A stretch of 64,000 nucleotides of DNA from Eledone cirrhosa (taxonomy: Eukaryota): NCBI GenBank assembly GCA_964016885.1, contig OZ024743.1, positions 20,088,001 to 20,152,000 on the forward strand. Direction: 5' to 3'. Position 1 is the stretch's first letter. Each line of letters opens with the position of its first letter. The translations under genes and the position numbers were made by a program. Below the pieces are notes generated by a model that did not search any database, was not told where the DNA came from, and worked only from the letters and a program-made list of their open reading frames with translations. Shown piece by piece: positions 50,808 through 64,000 of this stretch.

Positions 50808-51351
50808 CACCACCACCATCATCATCATCATCATCATCATTATTGTTGTTGTTAATATTATGTTTTCAACAGTTTAATGTGAGTTTTTATTGCTGCACGA
50901 GTTCCTGAGTTGTGTATGGTTGTCTTTTGGGAGAGTAGAATTGTGTTTGTGTGCTACAACATTTTGACTTTGTTGTGGGTCTTCTTGTGTCTATTTGTTG
51001 TGTAGGATATGTGAAATGTGAGTTGTATGATGATTTTTAATGTGCTGGGTGAATTGCGTCATATTATTGCTATGAAGTGTGTTAACTCTTATTATCACGT
51101 ACCACATTAGCAAGACAATCTTGTAAAATACAAAACAGCACTATGACTACATCCCATTAAAAATTATAGTCTTTACTGCAAATTTTTACAACAGTCTCTC
51201 CAACAGTAAATATAAGATAAACATTGAAATTAACAAACTTGTTTTTATATTTTTTCTGCTAAGTTATTAGGAGAATGTTAAATTATTCAGTGGCAGTGCG
51301 AGTTGTTGATAATATGTGAGGATGTGTTATAGGTTCTTTATAATTATATAC

Positions 51352-51820
51352 AATGGAAACCGTGGAGTGGGGAGACCCAAGAAGACCTGGGATGAGGTGA
51401 TAAAAGCCAACCTTACCCAATTACACCTCTCAAAGATGATGACACACGACCGTGACCTCTGGTGTCATGCAGTAATACAGAGTAACCGACCTCCCATGGG
51501 TACAAGCCGAAGCTCAAGCATATATACAATATGCCACCCACCCCCTCCCACTGCAAAGTGGTCATGGAGGTGCCACGGCAAAAAAGCACCCAGCCTACAC
51601 TGTAAAGTGGACGTGTAGGCGCCACGGAAAAAAGCACCCAGCACTCACTGTAAATGAGGTTGGTGTTAGGAAGGGTATCCAGCTGTAGAAATCAAACCAA
51701 AATCAGTTCCTGTATGAGCAAGACAAGGTCAGCCGACCAGAGATTTCTCACAACAGGACAACCCGTCTAACCCATGCTAGCGTGGAAGAACGGACGTAAA
51801 GCGGTGATGATGATGGTGAC
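51352..51820 (+). mobile_element. RTE 3' end (family of 35716)
   Basis: GNRGVGRPKKTWDEVIKA plus the same 3' UTR. Confidence 0.9.
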
Positions 51821-51879
51821 AGTGCCATATGTTATTTTATTTTGTTTTGAATGCATTGGAAGAGTGTCGTGTGTGGCTA

Positions 51880-52097
51880 GGTTGATTGGCAGTATCGATA
51901 GAGCATCAGAAAACATGCTTTTCAGCGTACAGTCATGGCCCTTTATGTTCTGAGTTCAAATCCCACCGAGGTTAGCTTTGCCTTTCATCCTTACAGGATC
52001 AATAAAATAAAGCACTAGTAATGAATTCAGGCTGATTTAATCAAATTTCCCTTCCTCCAAAATTGCTGGCCTTGTGCATAAAATAGAAACAATTATT
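51880..52097 (+). mobile_element. SINE (family of 17069)
   Basis: A/B boxes, core, agaaacaattatt end. Confidence 0.85.
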
Positions 52098-52554
52098 TGG
52101 GGGGAAGAGATTATGTATGGTATGTGTTATGGAAATTGTCTCATTTTATTGGTTGGTGATTGTGTATATCATAGTGTGTGTGTTGTGTGGGTAGTTGTTA
52201 ATCTTGTAATGATGTGTTATCTCTCACCAAAGTAAACTTAGACTTTTATTATTCTGGGGTCGATAAAATAAGTACCAGTTACATACTGGAATCGATTTAA
52301 TCAACTTTCCGTATCCCCACATATAATGCAAGCCTGCATCTCACTTGCTTTCCTGCACTCAACTGAGTGCTAAAACAGGTTGGGAGGCCTGCATTTTTAT
52401 TAAACACTAGAGTACCAGTGACCTGTTGGGTCACATTCACTTAAAAATATTTATTTGAAATCATGTTCACTTAAAAATAATTTTTGAATAATTAAAATGT
52501 TCACAAACATGTATTTAATGTAAAATGAAATTGGAAGGCCCATATATATGTGTT

Positions 52555-52597
<43 letters not shown>

Positions 52598-53439
52598 ATA
52601 TATATATATATATAAATGTATATGTGGGTGTCTGTGACCTATATACACTGGTCACAGACACACACACACACATATATTTATATATATATATATATACACA
52701 CACTTAGAAAGCCTTTCTATTTAGCAGGAAATATGATACATATGACTTAATATTTAGTCACCAAATTGGAGTTAGATACAGTAATGCTGCATTCGATTCT
52801 CTCTTCCATTTTCCTTCTTTGTCTCCTTCTCTCTCTCTCTCTCTCTCAATGTCTCTCTTTCAATCTACTATCTCACAACCACTGGGAAAATCTCTGTATC
52901 TTGGGAAGCCGTGCTCCGATTTACATGAAAGTTGTTTTATTCCATTTACATTCCCATTTCAGGGGCATCTTCCTTTCAAAGTATTTTCCCATTATGCACC
53001 GTTTTGGCTGTATTACATTACAGACAAGCACACAATCACATAGTTTTAGTTGTATATAGATAGATAAATTTCTTTATTAGCCACAAGGGCACAAAAGAAG
53101 GGGACAAATACAAATGAGGAGTTTACATACAGGTATATGAAAATAAAACTATTAATAAAATAACAAATAAATAGTTGTATATAGATATATAGATATGTTT
53201 CTTTATTAGCCACAGGGGCACAAATACAAAGGGGGAAGTTTACATACAATAAAAACGTATAAAATATTATCACAAATGTAATTTAAAAGTTAATCGATTT
53301 TCCCCAATAGGGGAGACATTACATATGGGTAACACATACCTCCGAAAAAAATGTGCAACCCTCATCTCCAGGAGTACGAAGAGTTTGTACCCTTTTCCTC
53401 TCTTCCTCCTTTTCCTCTCTTCCTCCTTTTCCTCAACCT

Positions 53440-56400
53440 ATAGGCTGATATAGAGAGAAGGCCCATTCACTCGGGCCATTCTCGCCACTTTCACCCACGT
53501 TTCATAAAACTTGCTGGGGTACAGCAACTCTCTCTCCATCCTGATCCAAAGTGGTATTTGAAAAAAAGAATAAGTTGTTGGTCGGAGAGAAAGGTGTCTG
53601 ACCTCAGCCCTTTTAACCTCGTCCACCATACAACCTCTTTCGCCATAGCTATCACACAAAGGAAAACCGCCTCTCCTTCGTTTTTGAAGGAGGGTGGCGG
53701 TTTGATTATGACAATAGACTCGGTGGTCAAATGGATTGGTCCCACCCACGATAATAGTCGTTCTACATAGCCCCACAGGTCGGTAACGCTCGGGCAGTGT
53801 ACAAATGCGTGCACAACCGTTTCCTTGTCGTGCACGCATCTCGAACAGATCTTTTTCGAAGGGTCCCTGCCCGGGCACCCGTGTCTGTAGAGCTTGTCTC
53901 GAACTGGTAGAGCTCCTCGGTAGCACTGCCAGGCCAGTGACTTTTGGAAGTTGTCCATCGGTCCCGGGCGGAAGGTTCTACCGAACAGACTGCCCAGTTC
54001 ATCTTCCTCTACGCCTAAAGTTTCACCGAGCGCATCGTCGCACTTGCTGCGGACCAACCCTCTATAGAATGACGAAGTGGAGACTCCACTGATCGCCGGG
54101 TCCGCCTGGCATAGGGCTGTGAGCGCCTGAGCACATTCGATGTGCCAGTCGCGCATTTTCCTCGGTCTTTGCTTGACCCAGGACTGTAGCTCGGTCAGCG
54201 AGACGAGTCGTGTGAAAGCCCGACTCACGAACGGGGCCCACACCGGTTTTCCGGTGAGGAATACGTGGCGGTGCCGCAGCCTGAGCGCGTGTTTGCGCAT
54301 CGTCAGCCACGGCATCCCCAGCACTCCGTTTGAAGGGTGTTGGCACAAGATGGATCGTCTCACCAAAGGAGGCCGCTTCTTCCAAAGAAATTGGAAGAGC
54401 GCGCGCTCCATTTTGGTGAGCGTTTTGGCTGGACAAGGCATGACGGTCAAGCGGTAGTAGATGACAGACGGTATAAAAGTGTTCGCCACCACCGCTCGAC
54501 CTTTCAAGGATAGTTTGCACTCAGCCCACTTTTGGGTGAGTGCAAACACCTTGGCGTCACCTCATTCCAGTTCTTCTCCACCTGGAGGTCCGGACCAAAC
54601 CAGACCCCGAGCAGCTTTACCGGTCCTTCCGTCCAGTGTCTGACGACGCCATCGGAAGGCATCGGTTTGCCTCTCCACGATCCGAGTTGCTAACTGATGG
54701 ACTTGTCCCGGTTCAGCTTTGCTCCTGTGAACCTTTCATATTCCTTCAGTAAGGTGCCAACTTCCTCGATTTACTGTCATATCGTCGGCGTAGGCCGACA
54801 CCGCATTCCGCAGTCCCAGTTCCAGAGGGATGCCCTGCAATAGCTCCAACTTCCGCAGTAGTGGCTCGAGAGTCAGTACGTACAGAAGGGAGGAGAGAGG
54901 GCATCCCTCTCGAATGGATCGCGTGATATGGAACGGCTCTGTGAGGTAGCCGTTCACCTTGACCCTTGAGCAGATGTTGCTGTTGTGCATTGCAGCAATC
55001 CAGCCCCTGAACATGGGTCCGAAGCCTGCCGCCTCGAGCACCGCATCCAGGTAACGATGGTCAACCCTATCGAAAGCCTTAGACTGATCCAAGTTGATCA
55101 GAGCCCCACCGAAGCCGGGTTTACACCCTACTCTCTCTATGATGTATCGCATGAGGTGGAGGTTGTCATGTATGGATCTGGTCGGGATTGCACATGTCTG
55201 CCCTTCTCCCACCAGGTTTTCGACGACAAGCACCAGCCTCTTTGCTAACACCGTGGCAAAAATCTGTAACTCTGTGTTTAGCAGAGTTATGGGCTGGAAG
55301 TTGCCTATGTCATCTCCCTTGTTCTCGTCCTTCCTGACTAGTGTGACTACGCCCCTGGTCACAGAACTGGGAATTCTCCCGTTCTGATGCCAGTTGCAGT
55401 AGACCGCTTCCAGGAGACCGGAGAACAAGTCCGGCATTGCTACGTAAAATTCGTAGGGTAGACCGTCGAGACCTGGAGATTTGCATTTGCCGCATTGGCT
55501 CAGCGCGTCCCCTATCTCAGCAGCTGAAATCGGCTTTTCGCAGAACTCCAGCTCGCTGTCCGATAGTCGCGGTAGGCCGTCGAGGTATGGACCGAAATCC
55601 ATAGCCCCTCCCGGCGCGCCGCCCTGCCAGAACAGCTGAGCAAAGTGCCGCTGAAAGGCCGCGCACATCTGCTTCGGCTCATATCAGGCGTCCGTCTTGG
55701 TCCTTCAAAGACCGAATCGTGGACTTGTTGCCACTTTTTGCCTCTGTCACCTGGACCCAGCTAACAGCTTTGGTTCCCACGTTACCCAGATCACGTATTT
55801 TGCTTCTGACAACGCAGCCCTCGTGCTTTGCGTCGAAGAACTGGTCCAAGGCCGTTCTCATTGCTAGTCTGCTGGCTACGTTGCCACTTTTAATTGCCTC
55901 TTCTACTTTATCTATCAGTTCCTTCTCGGTCCTATTTCTATTTAACGCTAATTCTTTACTAAAAACTAACGAGTCTAATCTAACTGCCCTCTTGAGAGAG
56001 TACCACCATCTGTTGTTGACAATGGCCCCTGTCAAGTGCTGCTTAACTAAAGTGCTAATCCGTCTACCGTAGGCTTTGCATGTCGGTAACGACAAGTTCA
56101 GCTTCCAGTAGCCGGGTCCTTGTCTATTGGTTCTATCAAGGTTGACCATGCAGGTCACTAGTTTGTGATCTAAATAGACAACCATGAACATTTGTGGACA
56201 GCTTAACATGTCCCTATCTTTATTTCTAACTAGAACCCTATCTAGGTACGATCTAGATGTTCCGCTACGATTAGTCCACGTCTACAGTGGCACAGTCGGA
56301 AAATCTAGTCGATATCTATCGGCCAGGTCAAATTGGCCGATTAACTGTTTGAGGCTGTTACACCCCCCTTTATCGGGACATGCTCCCACAGTCCCAACAC

Positions 56401-56832
56401 GCATCTAGGATTCCATTCCAGTCCCCCACTAAAAGCAAGAGCGGGACTTTCCCAGAAAAATCTCTAGACGTTTGAAGAAGTCTGGCCGCGGTGTCCCGGA
56501 TGGGGCATATGCGGCCACCAGCCTGAAGGCTCCACTTTCACTACCGTCAACGTCTAGGACCACCAGTCGACTCTCCGGGTCCAGATGTATCATCTGTATT
56601 ACGAGGTCCAGGTGTTTACGCAGCAAAACGGCAACCCCGCCCCCACCACCCGGCTGACAGAGAGATGCGTAGATCTCAAAGTCGTCGAAGATGGTCGCTC
56701 GCTGTGGATCCTGGACTCGCAAATGGCTACCACATCCATACTGTGCGACCTGGGGTCGTTTAAGAGTTTGCCCTGTTTCCGGGGCAACCCCAGGCCGCGT
56801 ACATTCACACATCCAACTCTTATATTGGTCAT
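53440..56832 (-). pseudogene. Tx1 ORF2 (APE endonuclease, RT, zinc finger)
   Basis: ORF pieces 56599-56832, 56429-56872, 55679-56209, 54736-55668 and 53491-54549. Confidence 0.9.
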
Positions 56833-57039
56833 GTTGGTGCTGAAAAGTTAAAAGATGAGGAAAAGAAATCACTCACCTCTTCGTCTCCTAGGGACCAGGC
56901 TGCACAATCTCCATGGGGATGTTGGAGGGGTTGTTTGGTAGGGTGGTGGTTCCTAGCGGGGTGGGGACGGAGATGTTTGGTGGGGAGGGGGTGTCTGGTA
57001 GGGTGGGGAAACGTTTCAAGAGGACGCGGTTCGTTGGTT

Positions 57040-58700
57040 TAACACATATTCCCCACGTGCTCAGCAAAGTTTTCCTTTAATGACTTATAGGTGTCCGTAA
57101 GGACCCTAATCATCCTTAAATTAGGTCTGTCTTTACATTTGGTAAAATATTTTCCTTCGGTTTCCACGGAAGGGTTTTTGGAGATGACCTCCAACAAGGT
57201 TTTATTGTCAGTGTTTATGTATGTATAATATTTTTGTTGTGTTGAGTTAGTTTTTGTCTGTTGTTCTTGTATGTGTTTTCGTTTTGTTGTGGGTATTTGT
57301 GTTTGGAGTGTTGTCATTGTTTTGTTTTCAGGAGGGGGGATTTTTGTTTGTAATGTTTGTGTTGTTTGTGTTGGTGTTTGTGTGTTTGTTGCCTTTTTGT
57401 TCGTGTTATGTCTTTTTTTCTTTTTTTTTTTTTGGAGCGGAGGGGTTCTACCTCATCATCACTGAGTGATGACGAGGGGGCTTCGTCCGTTTGATTGGGG
57501 AGGGGTATGTTTTGAGGAGCTGTTGTGCTTGTGGGTGTTTGGGGAATTGTTTTAGGTGGGGAGGGGTTGGGTGGGACTGTGTTTGCAATTTGGTTTGTTT
57601 TTGTTATTTTTGTGTGTTGTTGTTGTTGTGGTGGTGATGGTTGTGTTGTTGTGTTGGGTGTCGGCAGTAGTGCCTTTTTTTAATGCAGTTAATTGAGGGC
57701 AGGAAGCCCTCAGGTGACCACTGCTTAAACACTGGTAACATGAAGGCCGCCTACCCTCAACAGAAATGTTTATGTAGGAATTTCCATCCAGAGGCACACG
57801 TTGTGGTATACTAGCTATCCGTTCTGGTCTCATTTGGACCAGAACTTCTAAGCTTGTACCGTTGAATATGCCCCTGAAGGACTTTCCTACCGAAATTACT
57901 GTATCTTCATCAAAATTGATGAAACCAGCTAATATCCACCAGATGTTTACATTTGGTGTGATATTTGTTACTTTTATTTTTTTGGTCCTTTTTCCCATAT
58001 ATGTGGATGGAAAATGTGTAGAGAGGGGACACAATTGGCGACACAGAATATTTCTGTGCCGTCAATTGGTCTTTCATTATTATTGATAAACTCCCGAAGA
58101 GTTTTCCCTTCTGTATGAAGGTAATGTCCTTCGTGGAGTTTCTTAGAACCAGCTCAATTTCGTTTTGAGTTAATTGAGCTGGTTTTCTGGTGGTATTTGA
58201 GATTGTTCTAAAAACTATAGTTTTCAGGACAGTGTCTCTACGCAATTCTTGGGGAGAAGTGATGCTAAACGCGCCATTCTCCCCAAAAGTTATATATTGC
58301 TTGGCATCTCTTAGCAATTCTCCGGCATTAGAAATGTCAATCTGTGTATATAGTTCTGTCTTTTGGACAGTTTGTGCAAACGAAACCTTTTTTTCCTTGT
58401 TTGTGGAGTTGTTCTTGTTGGTGTTGTTGTCATTACTGTTGCTGATGTTGGTGTTGTTGTCATCATTGTTGCTGTTGTTGTTTTTGTCATTGTTATCGTT
58501 GTTGTTGTTTTTGTAGTTCTCAATTGCTTGATTTGTGAAGTTGTGTTTTTCTCTTGTTCAATATTTTTTTATGCCGTATATGTTTCCATAATTTTGTTTT
58601 GGTGTGATTTATCTCGGTCACTACCTGTTGCCATAGTGACATTCATTTCAACGCTCCCATTTCCATGTTTGGCGGGAAGCGCTTTAATGTTAACATTCAT
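57040..58700 (-). pseudogene. Tx1 ORF1 (gag-like, Thr-rich, zinc knuckle)
   Basis: Overlapping ORF pieces 58311-58523, 57910-58317, 57552-58034 and 57039-57317. Confidence 0.75.
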
Positions 58701-58966
58701 AGTTAAAACAAGTTGTTATAAATTTTTATATGAACATTTTTAATGAAAATTTCAATAACCCACCCACTGACAATTTAGTCAGAGGGTCAATTTATATAGT
58801 GGTATATTTTTTTTAAAACAATAATTTTTGTTTTTTATAAATAAAAGACAAAAACTTACCAGCGTGACTGGCACACGTTCCCATTCTCTACTGAGTGCTC
58901 ACCTTACTTACATATAATCCCATACTCTTTTGAGTGTATTTTATCATAATTATCAGCACTAGAGAA

Positions 58967-59009
58967 GTATACTTCTTTCCCAAACACAACGTTTGGGAAA
59001 GAAGTATAC
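58967..59009. repeat. Perfect 19-bp inverted repeat
   Basis: gtatacttctttcccaaac-acaac-gtttgggaaagaagtatac. Confidence 0.9.
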
Positions 59010-59145
59010 ACAACTAAACTGAACCTATTATGTGACAGGTGCCTTATTTAATCAACCCTGGAAGGGTGATAAATAAAATTGATTATGGATTTTAACTTAG
59101 TCTGAAAAAAGGGGTATAATACTTAATAGTCTAGTATATCCATAG

Positions 59146-59327
59146 GGTGGTGGATTGGCAGTATCGGTAAAGCATCAGACAACATGCTTTGTGACAGAGT
59201 TATGGCCCTTTATGTTCTGAGTCCAAATCCACTAATAAAGCACCACTAATGTACTGGCGTTGATTTAATCGATTTTTCCATTCCCGCCAAAAATTGCTCC
59301 TTATGCCTGAAGTAGAAACAATTATTA
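59146..59327 (+). mobile_element. SINE (family of 17069) with the core deleted
   Basis: ggtggattggcagtatcggt...tccaaatcc...agtagaaacaattatt. Confidence 0.8.
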
Positions 59328-59419
59328 AGTCATCCCTCTTTCAAAAGTGAAGCATTCGTTTTGCTTTTTCTACTGACTAGAATATATGTGGCTCACAATA
59401 TTTGCTTACTCATAGATTT

Positions 59420-59985
59420 CTCTGCAAACTGGAGCAGTTGTGCCAACCCATTGTTGAATTAATTGTGTTCCTGATGCCAAGATTATCTAATTAAACTGAT
59501 GATCATCTATGAAACAAGCAGGATTTTTATTGAGGTTTACTCCTCTAGATCCGACCTGTTCTACTAGACAATCCCATGATAGCCATATCAGAGGCACCTC
59601 GTGTTGGATATGGCCCCTACCCATGTAGGTCAGTCTTCAAACTGAGAGCGGCTGGGTGCTCAGCTAGAATGAGCATATATTGCATGTCATCAATTCATTG
59701 AGTGGCATATTGAACAGACAATGGGACACAGGAATGTCACAAAAGACTATCCAGTGCCAACCAGGGAAATCTACTACAGCTCTGCACACTCTTAAATTAA
59801 TATATATATATTTACAAACCCATACAATATATACATATTTTCACACCATTGAATGGCCATTGACCTACATGAGTTCCTATGCCCTTTGTCAAGTTTTGTT
59901 TTTCATCCTGCAGAGTGTCCCAAATGACCTTCCTCACCAAGCAAACTTGGTGAGGTTGCCGGTGCGGTTACCAATTGCAGTCAAG
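59420..59985 (-). mobile_element. Probable LINE/SINE 5' region beginning with the 16223-type structured motif
   Basis: Minus strand cctcaccaag-tttg-cttggtgagg...gcaggatgaaaaacaaaacttgacaaagggcataggaactc. Confidence 0.5.
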
Positions 59986-60379
59986 AGTACTACTACTACT
60001 ACAGCTGCTACTGCTGTTACTACTGATAATACTACTACTATCAGTGTTGTGATGAATGCAATTTTTCAATAACATCTTTTAATTTTTGCAAAGTTTAACT
60101 ATAGTAACACTAAAATGTTTTAGAGTCAAGTCATCTTTTCTAGAATCTCGATAAAAGACAATGCAAATGCACTCAAATCTCCATATCTAGCTCATAAAAA
60201 TTACCAGTTTAACACCAGAAAGAAAATTTAGCTGCTTTTCTTTTTTGACGTCAGACAGAATATTTAGCTGCTCTTCTCAATGCCAAGAAATCGTATGGAA
60301 GCAAACCAAACTAGCATATAATAACTAAAAAACAGCTAACTGGTAAAAAAAGATAAAATGTGATTCCATAAAAATGTTT

Positions 60380-60660
60380 CTTCTTCTTTAGATTCTTTTG
60401 CTCCCCATAGAGCTTTGGGCAATGATGAAAGATTTCTATTCCACTTAGTTGCAAGCCTTGTCGTGGGCCTACTCCCAGGCCATTTAGTTGTTTCTGTAGT
60501 AATTTTGATTAATGGAGGTAAGGTTACTAGCCTTGTGCTGCATCCCTCTTCCTTTCTGAACACAAGCTGAAAATTAACCTAACATTTTGAAGTCAATGGG
60601 GAAGGGGTCCATAGCCCTGGATAGGGGCTCATTTCATGTACTATCAGCTGAACCTTGCAC
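60380..60660 (-). mobile_element. Short non-autonomous RTE derivative (5' and 3' ends joined)
   Basis: aaaggaagagggatgcagcacaaggctagtaacc resembles RTE 5' UTR motifs; 3' end gcccaaagctctatggggagcaaaagaatctaaagaagaag. Confidence 0.45.
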
Positions 60661-60699
60661 TCAAGTCACATTTCTCTGTTTTCAAAGGAATATTAGATA

Positions 60700-62100
60700 A
60701 CACCAGTACCTTAACCTCCAAATCCCAACTAAGTAATATTTGTATATTCCAAATATTCAGATAATTGAGATGGTTGATATCAATCACTTCCAGTATCATC
60801 TTCATATCCTGACATAACCTATTGCATAACCGATTGTTTTGGTATTTTTATAGTTGTTGCATTGACTATACTTATCTGATATCACTCAGTTTATTTCTCT
60901 CCAATCTTAACAAGGAGACAATATGCCTATGCCGACATAGTATTGAATTGTCATCATCTACTGCAGGCATATCTTGGCTTGATATTTAGTTTTGTGGAAT
61001 TTTTTAATTCACATTGCTATCAGAGATGAGTAACACAACTTCTCTGAGTGTTATCTGAGTTGCACTGTAGTTCTGTACAGAGAGAGAGTAATTAATCTCC
61101 ATTCTGTTTAACAGTCATATGCCAGTTTGTGATCTCCACAAAATACTTCAAGACATTTTCATAGCTCCAAGTCAAATATTTCACTTGTGCCTGTCACAAA
61201 TATTTTAACAATAAAGCATATTCATTCATTCTTCTTCAAACATCTTTCTGAAATTCTTTTTTCTGAAGAAAAAATCTTCCACATTCAGTGTATTCACCTT
61301 GAACAATAAAAGATAAAGAATCAAAGGTGATATCTCTGTCAATCCTTAACTCTTTCCACTTGGAAATGGCTTTCACAAGCAATAGGGTGAATTATTTTGT
61401 TTCTAGAACATAAATCACATTTATAATCATAATAATGTTACCAGTGTCTCCTAACAATATGAAAAGAAAAACATACTTTCTATAAACATTCTACGTCTTA
61501 ATAATTAACATCTTAGAGATATTGTATGATCCATACAAAATCTAAATAATGTCTTGGATGATCAAAAGCTATTTTCACAATCAATAATGTTTATCTCTAC
61601 AACAATTACACTGTATGTTTTGTTTTATATTCAAATTGTTTATCAAAGTGATTTAACTGAATGCGACCTTCTTTAGACTCTACAATACTGTCATAGACAT
61701 TGATAGAGCCTCTTTGCTTTTCTTCTACATCTTTTTCCAATATGAGTTGTTCATGAATGTGGTAAATCTTTAAATCTCCTCTTCATTTCAGAACCAATGT
61801 TAATTGTCTCTGAGTTTTTCAAAAGGACTGTTCAGTAAAAGGGGGAAGAAAACATTAAGCTATACAGCCTCCATTATTTCATGTATCTGCTGTTTTCTTT
61901 CTCCTTTTATTGTATTTGCAGTAACTAATGAACTGTTTTACAAAATTTCTTTAGCTGTTTTGCCTTTCATTTTATTTTGTATTGATTTTTCTTAACACTT
62001 GTACAGAGGATCAAAGTTTACCCTTATCAACAAAACCTGTCATAACAGCAAAAATTCAGTTTGAATTATGATCAATTATCAATACGATGTGCGAAAAATT
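60700..62100 (-). pseudogene. Highly decayed LINE RT (RTE-like)
   Basis: Remnants such as KIAFDH and ISPLIL; many stops. Confidence 0.35.
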
Positions 62101-62624
62101 TTAAGTGAGCTAACAGATTCTCTTGAAAGCAGCCATTGAACTGTATTATTGATTTTTTTTTCATCAGACAAATCAGTTTTACCATTTCTACATCAAAATA
62201 CTGGAAATTACGAAAGTATTTTATTCAATAAATATTTCTCTTAAAAGTTTGATATGTCACATTTACTTTGATGCACTTTATAAATTTGAATCTATCATTT
62301 AACTTTTTGAAAAATTACTTTAGAACAAAATGAAGCACATTTTATTCAATCATTCAACTTATTTCAGAGAATTTATATATTTGAATAATTTTTAAGGAGC
62401 ATATGATTAATAATAACTTAATTTGTAAGGTGGAAAGTTACACAAATTGAAGAGTGCTGGATTCAATTCTTTAAAGTGTTTTGTTTCAAACTTCAAGTTA
62501 TAAGTTTAAATATTGCCAGAGTTAATTTTGATGTTCATTTTTCCAGGATTGATAAGATACATACTCACAATATTCTGGGACTGACTTCTTCCCCTGCAGG
62601 AATGTGTTCAATTAATATTTAACT

Positions 62625-62815
62625 TTGGCAGTAATGCTTTGTGGTATGGAGGTGCATCCTTTTACGTTCTGAGTTCAAATCCTGCCACGGATAGCTTTTC
62701 CTTTCATCTTTACAGGGTCGATAAAATAAAGTATCAGTAACGCATTGGGGTTGATTTAATCAACTTCCCCTCCTCCAAAATTGTTGGCCTTGTGCCTAAA
62801 TCAGAAACCAATATT
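62625..62815 (+). mobile_element. SINE (family of 17069)
   Basis: B box and core gggtcgataaaataaagta. Confidence 0.8.
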
Positions 62816-63098
62816 TACCTTAAAAGGTATGAGGAAGAAATATTAAACACAAAATCATTACAGAATATACCTAACCATTTCTGGAATTTGGCACAAAATA
62901 ACACATTTTGGTAGAAAAGAAGCAGCTGATTACATAAATTCCAGTATTTGACAAACACTGTTTATCAACCTTGCAAGAATACAAGTCAAAGTAATCCATT
63001 AATGAGATCTGAACTCAGAATGTATTAAGTGATATAACAATACAGCAAGACATTTTCTTCAGTGTTCTATTGATTCTAACATTCATAACCCTCTTAAT

Positions 63099-63290
63099 AA
63101 TTGTATCTACTTTTGGCACAAGGCCAGCAATTACCCCAGTGCATTACTGGTGCGTTAATTTATCAACTCTGTAAGGATGAAAGGCAAAGTTAATCTCAGC
63201 AGGATTTGCACTCAGAACGTAAAGAGCCATAACTCTATGCTGCAAAGCATAGTGTCTGACACTCTACCAATACTGCCAATCCACCAACCT
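63099..63290 (-). mobile_element. SINE (family of 17069)
   Basis: Full length; possible TSD ctcttaat. Confidence 0.85.
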
Positions 63291-63540
63291 TCTCTCTTAA
63301 TGCAGTCTGATTTACTGTGGGGGTCCAAATAGCAGAAAACAAAAGAAATTGCTGCTAAGAAGAAGAAGCATTCATTCTACAAATCTAGACCGACCAGTCC
63401 AAAGTGTTGTACCTTTCAATACATGCACTATAAACAGAAGAGAATTCTTAGCACAGATAGACCTCATCAGATGCACAAGACTAGACATACAAGCCAATTC
63501 TGAATCTTGCTTATCTTCAACAACAAAGGACATACAACAA

Positions 63541-63728
63541 TGGTAGATTGGCAGTATCGGTAGAGGGATGGACGCCATGCTTTGCAGAGAGTTACGCCCC
63601 TTTATGGTCTGCGTTCAAATCCCACCGTGGTTAACTTTGCCTTTCATCCTTACGGGGTCGATAAAATAAAGTACCAGTAATGCACTGGGATAATTGTTGG
63701 CCTTGTGCCAAAAGTAGAAACAATTATT
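63541..63728 (+). mobile_element. SINE (family of 17069)
   Basis: A/B boxes, core and tail. Confidence 0.88.
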
Positions 63729-64000
63729 AATTTCAAGATTGTTGTGCCAGAAAGTACTAACAACACTTTAACTGTTGTGTATCACAAAACAAAACAAACA
63801 TCGTCATACATTAAGGAACATGCATTCACTCATTAGAGATATGTAATAAATATATGTAATACACATTATCTAAGAATATAAAAGTTGCTGCTGAAATATG
63901 AAAGCTGCTACTGGGTGTTATGACATTCATCATATTGAATAAAATACATCTCAAGTTAACAAAAGCACAAAATATTAAGAATGTTGGGATATCTTAGTAA

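Larger units (their letters stand above)
53047..58895 (-). mobile_element. Near full-length Tx1-clade LINE, frameshifted
   Basis: ORF1 with CCHC knuckle CYQCLSSGHLRASC; ORF2 APE (GCVNVRGL, AYAPSG, DHK), GYWKLN, RT (KSPGLDGLPYEFY, DQSKAFDRV, REGCPLS, YADD) and C-terminal CSRC..ETVVHAFVHC; 3' AATAAA. Confidence 0.92.

Noticed and set aside
53558-58743. Plus-strand ORFs over the Tx1 element
   Set aside because: Antisense shadows of the Tx1 ORFs.
59496-59530. CTGATGA...GAAAC hammerhead candidate
   Set aside because: No convincing stems II/III and no UH triplet.

Overview
AT-rich, microsatellite-rich eukaryotic DNA with no host protein-coding exon I can support. The repeat repertoire (tRNA-derived SINEs, RTE LINEs with (GAT)n tails, Tx1, CR1, CRE, Gypsy, maT, Chapaev3, piggyBac/mariner/hAT MITEs) looks like an octopus (coleoid cephalopod) intronic or intergenic region; this assignment is an inference. 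Nearly all long ORFs are decayed transposon genes or microsatellite artefacts. The most striking signal is a set of small non-coding elements inserted in (TA)n tracts that carry type I hammerhead ribozyme (HHR) motifs (about 8.4, 9.3, 38.1/38.3, 40.5, 41.9, 42.2/42.7, 43.9 and 44.7 kb), consistent with Penelope-like element ends and non-LTR retrozymes. They include (i) a 438-nt circularly permuted unit whose inverted copy starts exactly at the predicted cleavage site and carries octamer-motif subrepeats, (ii) a 492-nt unit bounded by two U3-A8 core-variant HHRs, and (iii) a 337-bp palindrome with an HHR on each strand. Other candidate structured RNAs are tandem H-type pseudoknots in the RTE/SINE 3' tail and a twister-like fold present in two copies. 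All folds were made by eye, and boundaries of old repeats are approximate.
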